From Bacteroidota bacterium (lineage in GTDB: Bacteria > Bacteroidota > Bacteroidia > Chitinophagales > BACL12): a stretch of 64,000 nt of DNA. A program made the translations under genes and the position numbers. The notes below the pieces were generated by a model. That model had not been told where the DNA came from and ran no database searches. It was given only the letters and a program-made list of their open reading frames with translations. Positions 18,656 to 28,043 of this stretch are shown here, one piece after another (positions within the stretch are counted from its first letter, which is position 1; each line of letters opens with the position of its first letter). The DNA lies in assembly GCA_029571985.1 (NCBI GenBank), contig JAKQVC010000147.1:13446-77445 (forward strand), given 5' to 3'.

Positions 18656-20995
18656 ATGCGGTCAATCGTCATCATACTATTGCTTATGCTTTCCGGCTTT
18701 CACGCCAAAGCCTGGCACATTATTGGTGGTGAAATGATATATACCCGCCTGGCAGGAAATACATTTGAAGTTACTCTAAAAATATACCGCGACTGTTCAA
18801 ATCCGGATGCGGCAGCTTATGATGATCCCTTACAAATTTATGTGTACACGGCAGAAGGCGCATTAGTGGATAGCCTCGTTTTATTTTTTCCGGGATCAGA
18901 TTTAATAGATCCATCCATTATTAATCCTTGTGTTGAAGTGAATCCTGATTTGTGTATTGAAGAAGGTATTTATGTCGGTACTATCGATTTACCTGCGCAT
19001 CCGGGTGGTTATAATTTAGTTTACCAAAGATGTTGCCGAAACTCTACCATTCTCAATATTTCAGAACCGGTTAATACAGGTGTTACTTATTCAGCGCATA
19101 TCCCTGATCCCGGTAGTTTAATAAACAGTAGTCCGCGATTTACCGATTTACCACCTGTTGCCATTTGTGCCGGATATCCTTTTTCTTTCAATCATATGGC
19201 AACCGATCCTGATGGTGATGATTTGGTGTATCGCTTTTTTACACCATATACCGGTGCTTCCTTTGATTTTCCGGATCCATCGCCCGCATTGCCACCCCCT
19301 TTTCCTGAAGTGATTTTTATCCCACCTTATGCAGAAGATTATCCGGTGGCTTCTTCACCTGCATTCGCGATTGACCCGGTTACCGGATGGCTGGCGGGGA
19401 TTCCTACGGATTTAGGACAATTTGTGGTGGGTATCGCCTGCGAAGAATGGCGCGATGGTGTTTTATTAGATGTGCATTATCGCGATTTTCAATTTAATGT
19501 GACCGATTGCACTCCATCCATCGTTGCTGCAGCACCGGCTTATATTAGTGAATGTGATAATTACACGGTGCTCTTTGATAATTATAGTTTTGGAACAGAT
19601 GAATTTTATTGGGACTTTGGCGTTCCCGGTATCACCACGGATACCAGTACTGATGATATCCCATCTTACACGTACCCCGCTGCCGGTACTTACACCGCAA
19701 CCCTCATTGCATTTCCCGGATATGAATGCTCCGATACAACTTATATCACGGTATATGTATATCCGGAATTAATCGCAGATATCGCTTTTGATTTTACCTG
19801 CGCAGGTGATGTGGTCGAATTTACGGATTTGTCTACAACAGATTTTGGAACGATTACAGATTGGGAATGGAATTATGGCGATGGCTGGGGAAGTGTGGAA
19901 CAAAATCCCGAATACGTATATGAAGAATCAGGTTCTTATATGCTGATTTTTACAGTAACGAACAGTTATGGTTGTACGGCTCAATTATATGATACCATTC
20001 GCATTTATCCTTTACCGCATGCTATCATAGAATCAGATACCCTCTGTATTAATCAAATCGATACCATCGAAAGTGGCTCGATTGTTATTTTGCCTTTTAC
20101 CATTACCGATTGGGAATGGACTTTGTATACTGGAGAAGTATTTAATACAGAATCAGTACCCTATGCATTTCCTGATGCCGGTACTTATCCGGTTTCGTTG
20201 ACGGTAACCTCCTCTGTCGGATGTGTGGATTCAACGAGTGCCGATATATATGTTGCTCCACCCGTAACTGCTACACCGATTTATGGCGACACGGTTTGTG
20301 CCGGGGAGGAGTTGCATCTCATCACCTCAGGAGGCACCCTTTACGACTGGAGTCCACCCGAATTTGCCTCAACCCCAAATAGCCAAAGCACATATTATTA
20401 TCCTGAATACAGCACCTGGATTTATGTAGTTGTTTCTGACGGATGCACAGCAGACACGGCTTCTGCCTATTTTGAAGTGCTTCCTGCTCCGGATATTATC
20501 GCTGGTCCTAATACCACAGTGTATCATTTTGAAGAGGTGGAGCTATACGCTTTCGGGGCTGAATCATTCGTGTGGACCCCTACAGAAGGCCTCTCCGACC
20601 CAACCATCTCAAACCCTGTAGCCTTGCCTGACCAAACGACGGCCTACATCGTAACAGGAACCGGGCCGAATGGGTGCAAATCAACTGACACCGCCCTCAT
20701 TCAAATTCTGCCGGTCTGCTTCAAATTTGCGACCGCTAACGCCTTCTCTCCAAACGGGGACGGCATAAATGACAAATTCAGACTGGTGACCGCGGCCGAT
20801 GATGAACTTGTTTCTATGGAAATTTTCAATCGCTGGGGAGCAAAGGTTTTCAGCACCAATAGCCTCGAAAACGGCTGGGATGGCACTGACGGCAACGGCG
20901 TTCCGCAAGAGGTGGGTATGTACGTATACATCATGTATACCACCTGCGAGGGAGTAACCCAACGCCTCGATGGAACCGTTACCTTGCTCAGGTAA
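18656..20995 (+). CDS. gliding-motility-associated C-terminal domain (T9SS type B / CHU_C) protein with PKD repeats
   Basis: Signal peptide. Cys-rich N-terminal module (AWHIIGGEMIYT...YRDC...QRCCRN...DPDGD...YRDFQFNV). PKD units (WDFG.., WNYGDG). C-terminus NAFSPNGDGINDKF...FNRWGAKVF...GWDG. Confidence 0.8.
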   Translation: MRSIVIILLLMLSGFHAKAWHIIGGEMIYTRLAGNTFEVTLKIYRDCSNPDAAAYDDPLQIYVYTAEGALVDSLVLFFPGSDLIDPSIINPCVEVNPDLCIEEGIYVGTIDLPAHPGGYNLVYQRCCRNSTILNISEPVNTGVTYSAHIPDPGSLINSSPRFTDLPPVAICAGYPFSFNHMATDPDGDDLVYRFFTPYTGASFDFPDPSPALPPPFPEVIFIPPYAEDYPVASSPAFAIDPVTGWLAGIPTDLGQFVVGIACEEWRDGVLLDVHYRDFQFNVTDCTPSIVAAAPAYISECDNYTVLFDNYSFGTDEFYWDFGVPGITTDTSTDDIPSYTYPAAGTYTATLIAFPGYECSDTTYITVYVYPELIADIAFDFTCAGDVVEFTDLSTTDFGTITDWEWNYGDGWGSVEQNPEYVYEESGSYMLIFTVTNSYGCTAQLYDTIRIYPLPHAIIESDTLCINQIDTIESGSIVILPFTITDWEWTLYTGEVFNTESVPYAFPDAGTYPVSLTVTSSVGCVDSTSADIYVAPPVTATPIYGDTVCAGEELHLITSGGTLYDWSPPEFASTPNSQSTYYYPEYSTWIYVVVSDGCTADTASAYFEVLPAPDIIAGPNTTVYHFEEVELYAFGAESFVWTPTEGLSDPTISNPVALPDQTTAYIVTGTGPNGCKSTDTALIQILPVCFKFATANAFSPNGDGINDKFRLVTAADDELVSMEIFNRWGAKVFSTNSLENGWDGTDGNGVPQEVGMYVYIMYTTCEGVTQRLDGTVTLLR

Positions 20996-21057
20996 AAGGG
21001 ATTGTCTATCTTTAATTTTCCGTATCTTTTATTTAGTTATTTAAACCAACACCTGAT

Positions 21058-23211
21058 ATGAAACGAATTGGCATACTCCTCGCCTGTTTTCTTTGTTTAG
21101 CTGTTACCCGAGTCAACGCATCCCATATTATCGGGGGTGAAATTGTATATACCTGCATCGGAACAAATCAGTATAACGTAAAATTGATTTTGTATCGCGA
21201 CTGCACCTCGTTTACACTATTTGATAACCCTGCCTACATGACATTGTTTACGCAGGATGGTGCTTATGTGACGAATTTCCCTTTAACCGACCCAATTATC
21301 ACCGATATCCCTGCAGAATCAGACAATCCATGTTTGGATGCACCTGATGATGTTTGTGTTGAACAGGCCATTTATGAGATTAATATAACCGTGCCGGATG
21401 GTGATGAAGGATACCTGTTGGTTTTCCAGCGTTGTTGTCGTAATGCCGGTATCGTAAATATTTGGACACCTGATGATGTTGGCGCAACCTATACACAGGA
21501 AATACCGCCGGCAACAGATGCAGTTTGTAATAATAGCCCGGTGTTTAATGATTTTCCACCAACCGTGATTTGTATTGATGACCCGATCGTTTTCGATCAC
21601 TCAGCAACCGATCCGGATGGCGATTCATTAGCGTATTATTTCTACTGGCCATATCAGGGTGCTGATGCGTTTGATGCGGCTCCGGTTATCGCATCACCTC
21701 CTCCTTATGTGGGTGTAAACTGGGTGGCCGGATATGATGAATTATATCCGCTTGATGCAGCACCTGCCTTTGCCATCGACGAGGCTACCGGTATATTGAC
21801 CGGAACGGCAACTGCTGAAGGTAGATATGTAGTGGGCGTTGTGTGTAAAGAGTATCGCGGCGGTGTATGGCTTGGCGACCATATCCGCGATTTCCAATTT
21901 AATGTGGTGGCCTGTACGCCTTCGGTTGTTGCCGAAATGGAAGTGGGTGACGCCGTATTTGATGATACAGACCCGGATGATGAATATTTAAATTGCACCG
22001 ACTTCACTGTAATTTTTGATAATAACAGTACCGGCGGAACAGATTACTTCTGGGATTTTGGTGATGGCGCTACAAGTACCATCGAAAGTCCTACACATAC
22101 CTATGCCGATACCGGAACGTATATAGTTACCTTAATCGTAAACCCGGGTTTTACCTGCGCAGATACCGCTATCGGCGTAATTAAACTCTATAATACCTTA
22201 ACTGCTGATTATGATTTCGTTGCCGGTTGTTCCGGTACACCGGTAATATTTACAGATGTTTCCAACTCGACAGAAGCCGGTGATATTGACAGCTGGGAAT
22301 GGACTTTTGCAGATGGTGCTACATCAGATGAACAAAATCCAACGCATGAATATGAGGATGGCGGCACCTATGAGGTCGTCCTAATTGTAACAACGGATGT
22401 GGGTTGTGTCGATGAGATAACGTACGATGTTTTTGTTGAATCCGGACCGGATGTACTATGGGAAACAGAAGATGTTTGTCAGGATGTCCCAGCAGAATTC
22501 GATAACCAGACAACAATTATAACCGGAACTATAACTGGATATTTATGGGACTTCGGTGATGGCTCAACCAGTACCGATGAAAATCCGAGTCACCTCTACG
22601 CAGCTCCCGGCGATTATACCGTTACCCTCGTGGCCTATTCTGCAAACGGCTGTACCGATACCTTGTCGCAAACCATTCATATCGGCGAATTACCTTTTCC
22701 TGATGCAGGACCTGACCAGACAGTTTTATATCTCGAAGACTTTACACTGAATGGCGATGGAAATGGTACTTACGAATGGACACCTGTGCTTACAGGCATT
22801 TACGAGTCTTTTTCTGATTACAACGATAATAACCCAACCGTTGAACTCGAAGAAACAACCACATTTACACTCACCGTTGTTAGCCCAGATGGCTGTATTG
22901 GCACTGATCAGGTTACGATAACCGTTGAGGATATTCCAATTGTGGAAGTGCCGAGCGCATTTTCACCGAACGGTGATAATGTCAACGATTTAATATTACC
23001 TTACCTGCACGATATCATTGCACTCGAGCGATTTACTGTTTATAATCGTTGGGGAGAGGAAGTGTTTACTACCAATGCGATTAATGTAGGATGGGATGGT
23101 ATGGTTGATGGTAAGGAAGCAGAAATTGGCACTTACGTTTATATAGTAGTAGCTACCGCAACAAGCGGTGAAGAAGAAATGCGTCAGGGTAATTTTGTAC
23201 TGGTGCGTTAA
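21058..23211 (+). CDS. gliding-motility-associated C-terminal domain (T9SS type B / CHU_C) protein, paralog of 18656..20995
   Basis: Same architecture as its neighbour: SHIIGGEIVYT...YRDC...QRCCRN...DPDGD...IRDFQFNV, four WxFGDG PKD units, and C-terminus SAFSPNGDNVND...YNRWGEEVF...GWDG. Confidence 0.8.
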   Translation: MKRIGILLACFLCLAVTRVNASHIIGGEIVYTCIGTNQYNVKLILYRDCTSFTLFDNPAYMTLFTQDGAYVTNFPLTDPIITDIPAESDNPCLDAPDDVCVEQAIYEINITVPDGDEGYLLVFQRCCRNAGIVNIWTPDDVGATYTQEIPPATDAVCNNSPVFNDFPPTVICIDDPIVFDHSATDPDGDSLAYYFYWPYQGADAFDAAPVIASPPPYVGVNWVAGYDELYPLDAAPAFAIDEATGILTGTATAEGRYVVGVVCKEYRGGVWLGDHIRDFQFNVVACTPSVVAEMEVGDAVFDDTDPDDEYLNCTDFTVIFDNNSTGGTDYFWDFGDGATSTIESPTHTYADTGTYIVTLIVNPGFTCADTAIGVIKLYNTLTADYDFVAGCSGTPVIFTDVSNSTEAGDIDSWEWTFADGATSDEQNPTHEYEDGGTYEVVLIVTTDVGCVDEITYDVFVESGPDVLWETEDVCQDVPAEFDNQTTIITGTITGYLWDFGDGSTSTDENPSHLYAAPGDYTVTLVAYSANGCTDTLSQTIHIGELPFPDAGPDQTVLYLEDFTLNGDGNGTYEWTPVLTGIYESFSDYNDNNPTVELEETTTFTLTVVSPDGCIGTDQVTITVEDIPIVEVPSAFSPNGDNVNDLILPYLHDIIALERFTVYNRWGEEVFTTNAINVGWDGMVDGKEAEIGTYVYIVVATATSGEEEMRQGNFVLVR

Positions 23212-23249
23212 TTTCTTGCAATAGATACTCGCAAACCAAAAGCAATAAG

Positions 23250-23257
23250 TAGCTTTG
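23250..23257 (+). promoter_or_regulatory. candidate -7 box (TAnnTTTG)
   Basis: TAGCTTTG lies 16 nt upstream of the ATG at 23274. Confidence 0.4.
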
Positions 23258-23273
23258 CATCGACTTTCAGGCG

Positions 23274-23600
23274 ATGAAAAAGCTACTTATTTTTTTTATA
23301 CCTGCCCTGGTATGCGCTTTGGCAGCGTGTGGTGGAGAACAATCACAACCAAATAAGGAAGTGCAACAAGATGTTCCACCGGAAGAAGTGGTGTATATCA
23401 AACACTGCAAATTATGCCACGGCTCAAAAGGTGATTTGGGCTTAAGCGGTGCTGCAAATTTGAAAATTTCCGTACTTACACTTGATGAAGTAAAACAGGT
23501 GGTCGTAAACGGCAGAAATGCGATGCCTGCCTGGGGCCAGCAATTACCTCCACAGGAAATTGATATGGTGGCAGCCTATGTAATGACGCTGCGCAAATAA
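23274..23600 (+). CDS. class I c-type cytochrome, lipoprotein
   Basis: Lipobox LAAC, haem motif CKLCHG, and a distal Met ligand region NAMPAW. Confidence 0.8.
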   Translation: MKKLLIFFIPALVCALAACGGEQSQPNKEVQQDVPPEEVVYIKHCKLCHGSKGDLGLSGAANLKISVLTLDEVKQVVVNGRNAMPAWGQQLPPQEIDMVAAYVMTLRK

Positions 23601-23622
23601 TCAAGAGCATCGCACCACAATC

Positions 23623-24717
23623 GTGATACCCCAAAAAAATACATATCAGGTTATAGGCACTATGTCGGGGAGTTCACTTGATGGATTGGATATTATTTGC
23701 GTATCTATTCAACTTGATCCGGCTCCTGTATTTCGTATTATAGCTGCAGAAACGATTCCCTATGCAGATGCAGTTTTTAATAAACTGCAAAATATCAGTG
23801 TGGCACATCAGGCCGTTGATAATCAAACGGATATCTGGTTTGCAGAAGTGATGGCTGAACATATTCAACAATTTATTCGCCATCATCAAATCCAGGAAAT
23901 TGATTGTGTCGCTTCACACGGGCATACTACCATCCATCAGCCATCAGCTGGCATCACACAACAAATCGGTTGCCCGCAAACAATGGCAAACCTGCTCCAT
24001 GTTCCGGTAATTGGCCGTTTCAGACAATCGGATATTGACGCCGGCGGTCAGGGCGCACCTTTAGTACCTATGTGTGATGCATTATTTTTTGCTGAAAATG
24101 ATGCTTGCCTGAATCTGGGTGGTATTGCCAATATATCCTATCAAACAGAACAAGGCAGAATCGGATTTGATATTTGTGGAGCGAATCAAATACTTAATTA
24201 TTTCGCGCGACTCGCAGGTCATGCCTATGATGAAGATGGTCGAATGGCTGCATCAGGCGTGGTGAATGAGCAGGTGTTGGCACAATTAAATGGTTTACCT
24301 TTTTATGAGCAGGCACCTCCAAAAAGTCTGGATAACGCCTGGGTACATGCAGCTGTAATTCAATTGCTGCGCGATGCTCAACTGTCAACTGCAGATGCAT
24401 TAGCAACAGCCACAGCACATATTGCGCAACAGATTGCTCATGTAATTCGCAAACAACCCGGTGCCCGACCATTCGCTCAGTATACATTATTTGTTACAGG
24501 TGGTGGTGCGTGGAATGGATTTTTAATTGAATCCATTTGCAGAACAATTGGCGTTACCGTGCATGTGCCGGATGCAACCATTGTAAATTATAAAGAGGCG
24601 CTGGCCATGGCGTTAATGGGTGTTTTACGTATAGAACACAAACCGAATTTCTTACCATCAGTTACAGGTGCCGATATTGCCGTTTCCGGTGGAGAAATAG
24701 CACTGCCAATTAAATAA
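23623..24717 (+). CDS. anmK: anhydro-N-acetylmuramic acid kinase
   Basis: VIGTMSGSSLDGLD N-terminal signature, HGHTTIHQP, and DIDAGGQGAPLVP. GTG start. Confidence 0.85.
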   Translation: MIPQKNTYQVIGTMSGSSLDGLDIICVSIQLDPAPVFRIIAAETIPYADAVFNKLQNISVAHQAVDNQTDIWFAEVMAEHIQQFIRHHQIQEIDCVASHGHTTIHQPSAGITQQIGCPQTMANLLHVPVIGRFRQSDIDAGGQGAPLVPMCDALFFAENDACLNLGGIANISYQTEQGRIGFDICGANQILNYFARLAGHAYDEDGRMAASGVVNEQVLAQLNGLPFYEQAPPKSLDNAWVHAAVIQLLRDAQLSTADALATATAHIAQQIAHVIRKQPGARPFAQYTLFVTGGGAWNGFLIESICRTIGVTVHVPDATIVNYKEALAMALMGVLRIEHKPNFLPSVTGADIAVSGGEIALPIK

Positions 24718-24735
24718 ATTGCAACTTTACATCTC

Positions 24736-25740
24736 ATGATACTCGTTACAGGCGCAAATGGATTAGTAGGCAGCTACTTATGCAGGGAACTGCTTAAACA
24801 GGCTGTTCCTGTGCGTGCGCTTAAACGTAAGGAAAGTAATTTGCGATTGGTTGCAGATATTGCCGATCAAATACAATGGGTTGATGGTGATGTAAATGAT
24901 ATCATGGCACTGGAAGATGCGATGCAGGATATTACACATATATATCACTGTGCCGGTGCCATTGCTTATACAGCTAAACACGCACAACAGGTAATGCGTG
25001 TAAATCAACAAGGCACTGAAAATGTTGTCAACCTGGCCCTGGAAAAGCAGATTAAAAAATTAGTACATGTCAGCTCAATTGCTGCCTTAGGTCGCACAGG
25101 CAAAACGGGTGAACACGTGAATGAAGATGCACCCTGGAATATGAAACACCTCACCACGCCATATGCACAATCTAAATTTGCAGCTGAGCGTGAAGTGTGG
25201 CGGGGCATTGCCGAAGGATTAAATGCAGTAATTATTAATCCGGGACTCATTCTCGGAGCAGGAAACTGGAATAGCGGTTCCAGTAAATTATTTGAAACCG
25301 TTTACCGCCAATTTCCTTTTTATACAACCGGAATTACCGGATATGTGGATGTGCGTGATGTAGTACGAATCGCTGTTGCGCTGATGCAGAGTGATATTCA
25401 AAATGAACGTTTTGTGCTCGTCAGTGAAAATGTGATTTTCCGCGATTTAATGTTTATGATGGCAGATAGTCTCGGCGTAAAGCGTCCATCAAAAGAAGCC
25501 GGTAAATTTTTATCTGAAATTGCGTGGCGATTGGAATGGTTTAAGTCATTATTTTCGAATGATGAACCCACCGTTACCCGACAAACTGCGCGTATAGCCA
25601 ATAGCATCACCTATTTTGATTCCACCAAAATCAGGCAGGCATTGAATTATGCTATGATTCCTATTCAACAAACCATTACCGAAACAGCACAATCTTTCCT
25701 CCACGAAAAACAAGACGGAAAATTTCATCCGCTTGGTTAA
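24736..25740 (+). CDS. NAD-dependent epimerase/dehydratase family (extended SDR) protein
   Basis: ILVTGANGLVGSYL Rossmann motif and catalytic YAQSK. Confidence 0.75.
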   Translation: MILVTGANGLVGSYLCRELLKQAVPVRALKRKESNLRLVADIADQIQWVDGDVNDIMALEDAMQDITHIYHCAGAIAYTAKHAQQVMRVNQQGTENVVNLALEKQIKKLVHVSSIAALGRTGKTGEHVNEDAPWNMKHLTTPYAQSKFAAEREVWRGIAEGLNAVIINPGLILGAGNWNSGSSKLFETVYRQFPFYTTGITGYVDVRDVVRIAVALMQSDIQNERFVLVSENVIFRDLMFMMADSLGVKRPSKEAGKFLSEIAWRLEWFKSLFSNDEPTVTRQTARIANSITYFDSTKIRQALNYAMIPIQQTITETAQSFLHEKQDGKFHPLG

Positions 25741-25822
25741 TTGTGTTCAGGTGCTCGTGTGTTCAGGTGTGCATGTGTTTCCGACGTATAGCGGAAACAT
25801 GTGTTCGGTATGTCTATTACTT

Positions 25823-25857
25823 ATTCCTCATTCCTCATTCCTCATTCCTTATTCCTC
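25823..25857. repeat. heptanucleotide tandem repeat (ATTCCTC) x5
   Basis: ATTCCTC ATTCCTC ATTCCTC ATTCCTT ATTCCTC. It spans the stop codon and the last two Glu codons of the minus-strand ChaN gene. Confidence 0.9.
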
Positions 25858-26748
25858 ATACGTCCTCGGCACCTTCGGATCTGTAATAATTATATAGTCG
25901 CCATTCTGTTTATGCTGGCTCCAATCGATATTTGGGAAATTTTCATCAGAGCCTGAACTTATTACTAAGGAGCGCGCTTTCGGTCTGTAGTTATGTAATT
26001 GTGTTACAACAGCATAATGTTCATCACTGTGAAACCTGCCGTTTACCTGTAATACTTTGTGGCCTTTATGCGCTTTTAAATATTCGGCGATAGACCAGGC
26101 CATGGTAGCATCCCAGGTGGATTGTCCCATAATCATATCCATACCTGTGGCAGTTACATTCGCGGCTGTCATGGAAGAATCATGCCCGGTAAAAACTTCA
26201 ACCAGTTTATCAAAATAAGGACCACTTGCCGTATCAAAGGGTAGGGGAGCGATATGCGATTTACTGGCTTCCGGCAATGCCATTAATCCTTGCATACCTT
26301 TGCGAACAGCTAAACTGGAATATCTGCCGGCAGCATTCGCACATACCACTGGCATATGATTTGTTTTGGCAAACTCAACCATTGGTCGGTAATCGCGGTA
26401 ATTACTCCAGGTGCGCGCATCTTTTACAAATTGTTTTTCTTTGATTAATCCTGCCAGATATTCATCCATCACCTCCTGCACATCCCGGTCGAACATTTCC
26501 ATTGATAAAGCCGATTGCGCACCGTATGCAGCAAACATTTTTTCAACTAATTGAGCTTCCAGAAAATGTCCAACAGAATCGTTGTGTTCTTCTCCAAAAA
26601 ACAATACATCATACTGCTGCATCTCTTGCACAATGGCATCGAGTGTGGTAACTTGTTGTGTGCGGGTATTATATACAATATAATGTTGCTCGGTAATTTG
26701 TGCTTCAGCGATGGTGCTGAGCAAACAAAGGGCAATGAGATATTTCAT
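25849..26748 (-). CDS. ChaN family (haem-binding/Tiki-like) lipoprotein
   Basis: DVLFFGEEHND motif and a signal peptide MKYLIALCLLSTIAEAQ. Start chosen at the internal Met (26748). Confidence 0.7.
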   Translation of the reverse strand: MKYLIALCLLSTIAEAQITEQHYIVYNTRTQQVTTLDAIVQEMQQYDVLFFGEEHNDSVGHFLEAQLVEKMFAAYGAQSALSMEMFDRDVQEVMDEYLAGLIKEKQFVKDARTWSNYRDYRPMVEFAKTNHMPVVCANAAGRYSSLAVRKGMQGLMALPEASKSHIAPLPFDTASGPYFDKLVEVFTGHDSSMTAANVTATGMDMIMGQSTWDATMAWSIAEYLKAHKGHKVLQVNGRFHSDEHYAVVTQLHNYRPKARSLVISSGSDENFPNIDWSQHKQNGDYIIITDPKVPRTYEE

Positions 26749-26857
26749 GGAATAAAAGTAAGTAAATTGTATAACCTGATGATGCTTCAATCAAAAACCG
26801 CTCAGAGGCTATGATGTGCATATGGTTTTACTGGCCGGAGCAGAATGCGTGGCTACA

Positions 26858-27694
26858 CTAAACTGCCGACGACAGCCATTTAAGATCTCCAACCTGGTAG
26901 ACAGCAATACCGCCGTTATGTTCTATAAGGATCTTACCATTTTCATCCACCCCCTTACAAATGCCTGTAACCGGCTTTCCCTGATATTCGAAGAACACTT
27001 CGGCCTGATAACCCATCAGATATCGGTGGTATTCGTCGTTTATAGCGGCAAATTGGCCCGATCGCAACTGTAAATACCGATGTTCGAGGTGTTGATACAG
27101 GTGGTCAGCAACTTCCTCAACGGAGGCCTGTTTACCGGTTAAGGTGGCGATAGATGTGGCAAGCGGCGCCTGATGGTCAAATTCGGTTTGATTGACATTG
27201 ATGCCAATACCTGCAATAACCCACTGCACACGGGTGCTTACAGAGGTTTCTATCAAAATACCTGCCAATTTGTGATTTTGGGCGAAAATGTCGTTTGGCC
27301 ATTTCAGGTAAACCTGCGGGAGGTAAACTGCCAAAGTGTCGCGAACAGCCAGAGCCACGGCCTTATTGAGGTAAAAAAGGGCTCCGGCCGCCAGAAATAC
27401 GGGTTTGAGCAGGATGGAGGAGGTCAGATTCTGGCCGGGAAGTGCTATCCACTGTCGCTCCCTTTGTCCGCGGCCCGCTGTTTGATGATAAGCGATGACT
27501 GCGATGCCTTCCGGTGCCCCGGGGTGTTGCTGAACGTACTCGCGCAACCATGAGTTAGTACTCGGGGTCGTGTCGAGGTGAATGCGTTCTAATCCTATGA
27601 AAAGCGGGCGCGACAAAAGAATTCGTAATTTTGCAACCTTTAACAAAGTAAGTGAGAAAATCATCAAAAAAGGCAGTATCTCAGCAATATTCAT
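26858..27694 (-). CDS. birA: biotin--[acetyl-CoA-carboxylase] ligase
   Basis: HLDTTPSTN, QTAGRGQRERQW (GRGRxGRxW-type) and KWPNDI motifs. The true start is probably internal and non-ATG near 27630, because the 5' end of the track ORF overlaps the divergent rsfS start. Confidence 0.8.
   Translation of the reverse strand: MNIAEILPFLMIFSLTLLKVAKLRILLSRPLFIGLERIHLDTTPSTNSWLREYVQQHPGAPEGIAVIAYHQTAGRGQRERQWIALPGQNLTSSILLKPVFLAAGALFYLNKAVALAVRDTLAVYLPQVYLKWPNDIFAQNHKLAGILIETSVSTRVQWVIAGIGINVNQTEFDHQAPLATSIATLTGKQASVEEVADHLYQHLEHRYLQLRSGQFAAINDEYHRYLMGYQAEVFFEYQGKPVTGICKGVDENGKILIEHNGGIAVYQVGDLKWLSSAV
27626..27633 (+). promoter_or_regulatory. candidate -7 box (TAnnTTTG) for rsfS-ftsH
   Basis: TAATTTTG lies 18 nt upstream of the GTG at 27652. 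Confidence 0.45.
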
Positions 27695-28026
27695 TAACTG
27701 AGCTCGTCATAGATAGTATCCTCGACAAAAAGGGGGAAGAAGTGGTTCATTTGGATTTGACTGCTTTACCTGATGCCGTGAGCGACCATTTCATTATATG
27801 CCATGCCGATTCAACGACACAAGTGCGTGCAATCGGAAACCATATTGCGGAAAATGTGTTTGACAAAGGTGGCGTTAAACCTTTTAGCAAGGAAGGGTTC
27901 GATAATGCAGAGTGGATTATTATCGATTACATGGATGTAGTTGTGCATGTATTCTATAAAGAGAAGCGATATTTCTACCAGTTAGAAGACCTGTGGCATG
28001 ATGCCGTGATGAAAAAAGTGAGTTAA
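27652..28026 (+). CDS. rsfS: ribosome silencing factor
   Basis: 124 aa with KKGEEVVHLDL...DHFIICHADSTTQV...WIIIDYMDVVVHVF, typical of RsfS/IojAP. Confidence 0.85.
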   Translation: MRKSSKKAVSQQYSLTELVIDSILDKKGEEVVHLDLTALPDAVSDHFIICHADSTTQVRAIGNHIAENVFDKGGVKPFSKEGFDNAEWIIIDYMDVVVHVFYKEKRYFYQLEDLWHDAVMKKVS

Positions 28027-28043
28027 TACGTATAGAGTAAGAC

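Noticed and set aside
18716-18740. HIIGGE right after the signal peptide looks like a trypsin-type mature N-terminus (IVGG); the same occurs at 21121
   Set aside because: No His/Asp/Ser catalytic triad motifs (TAAHC, GDSGGP) follow. The module is Cys-rich and continues into PKD repeats, so I do not call it a protease.
25823-25857. Heptamer repeat as a phase-variation switch for the ChaN gene
   Set aside because: Four of the five units lie after the stop codon, and changing the unit number or repairing the variant unit still leaves an in-frame stop. Slippage would therefore not toggle the protein.
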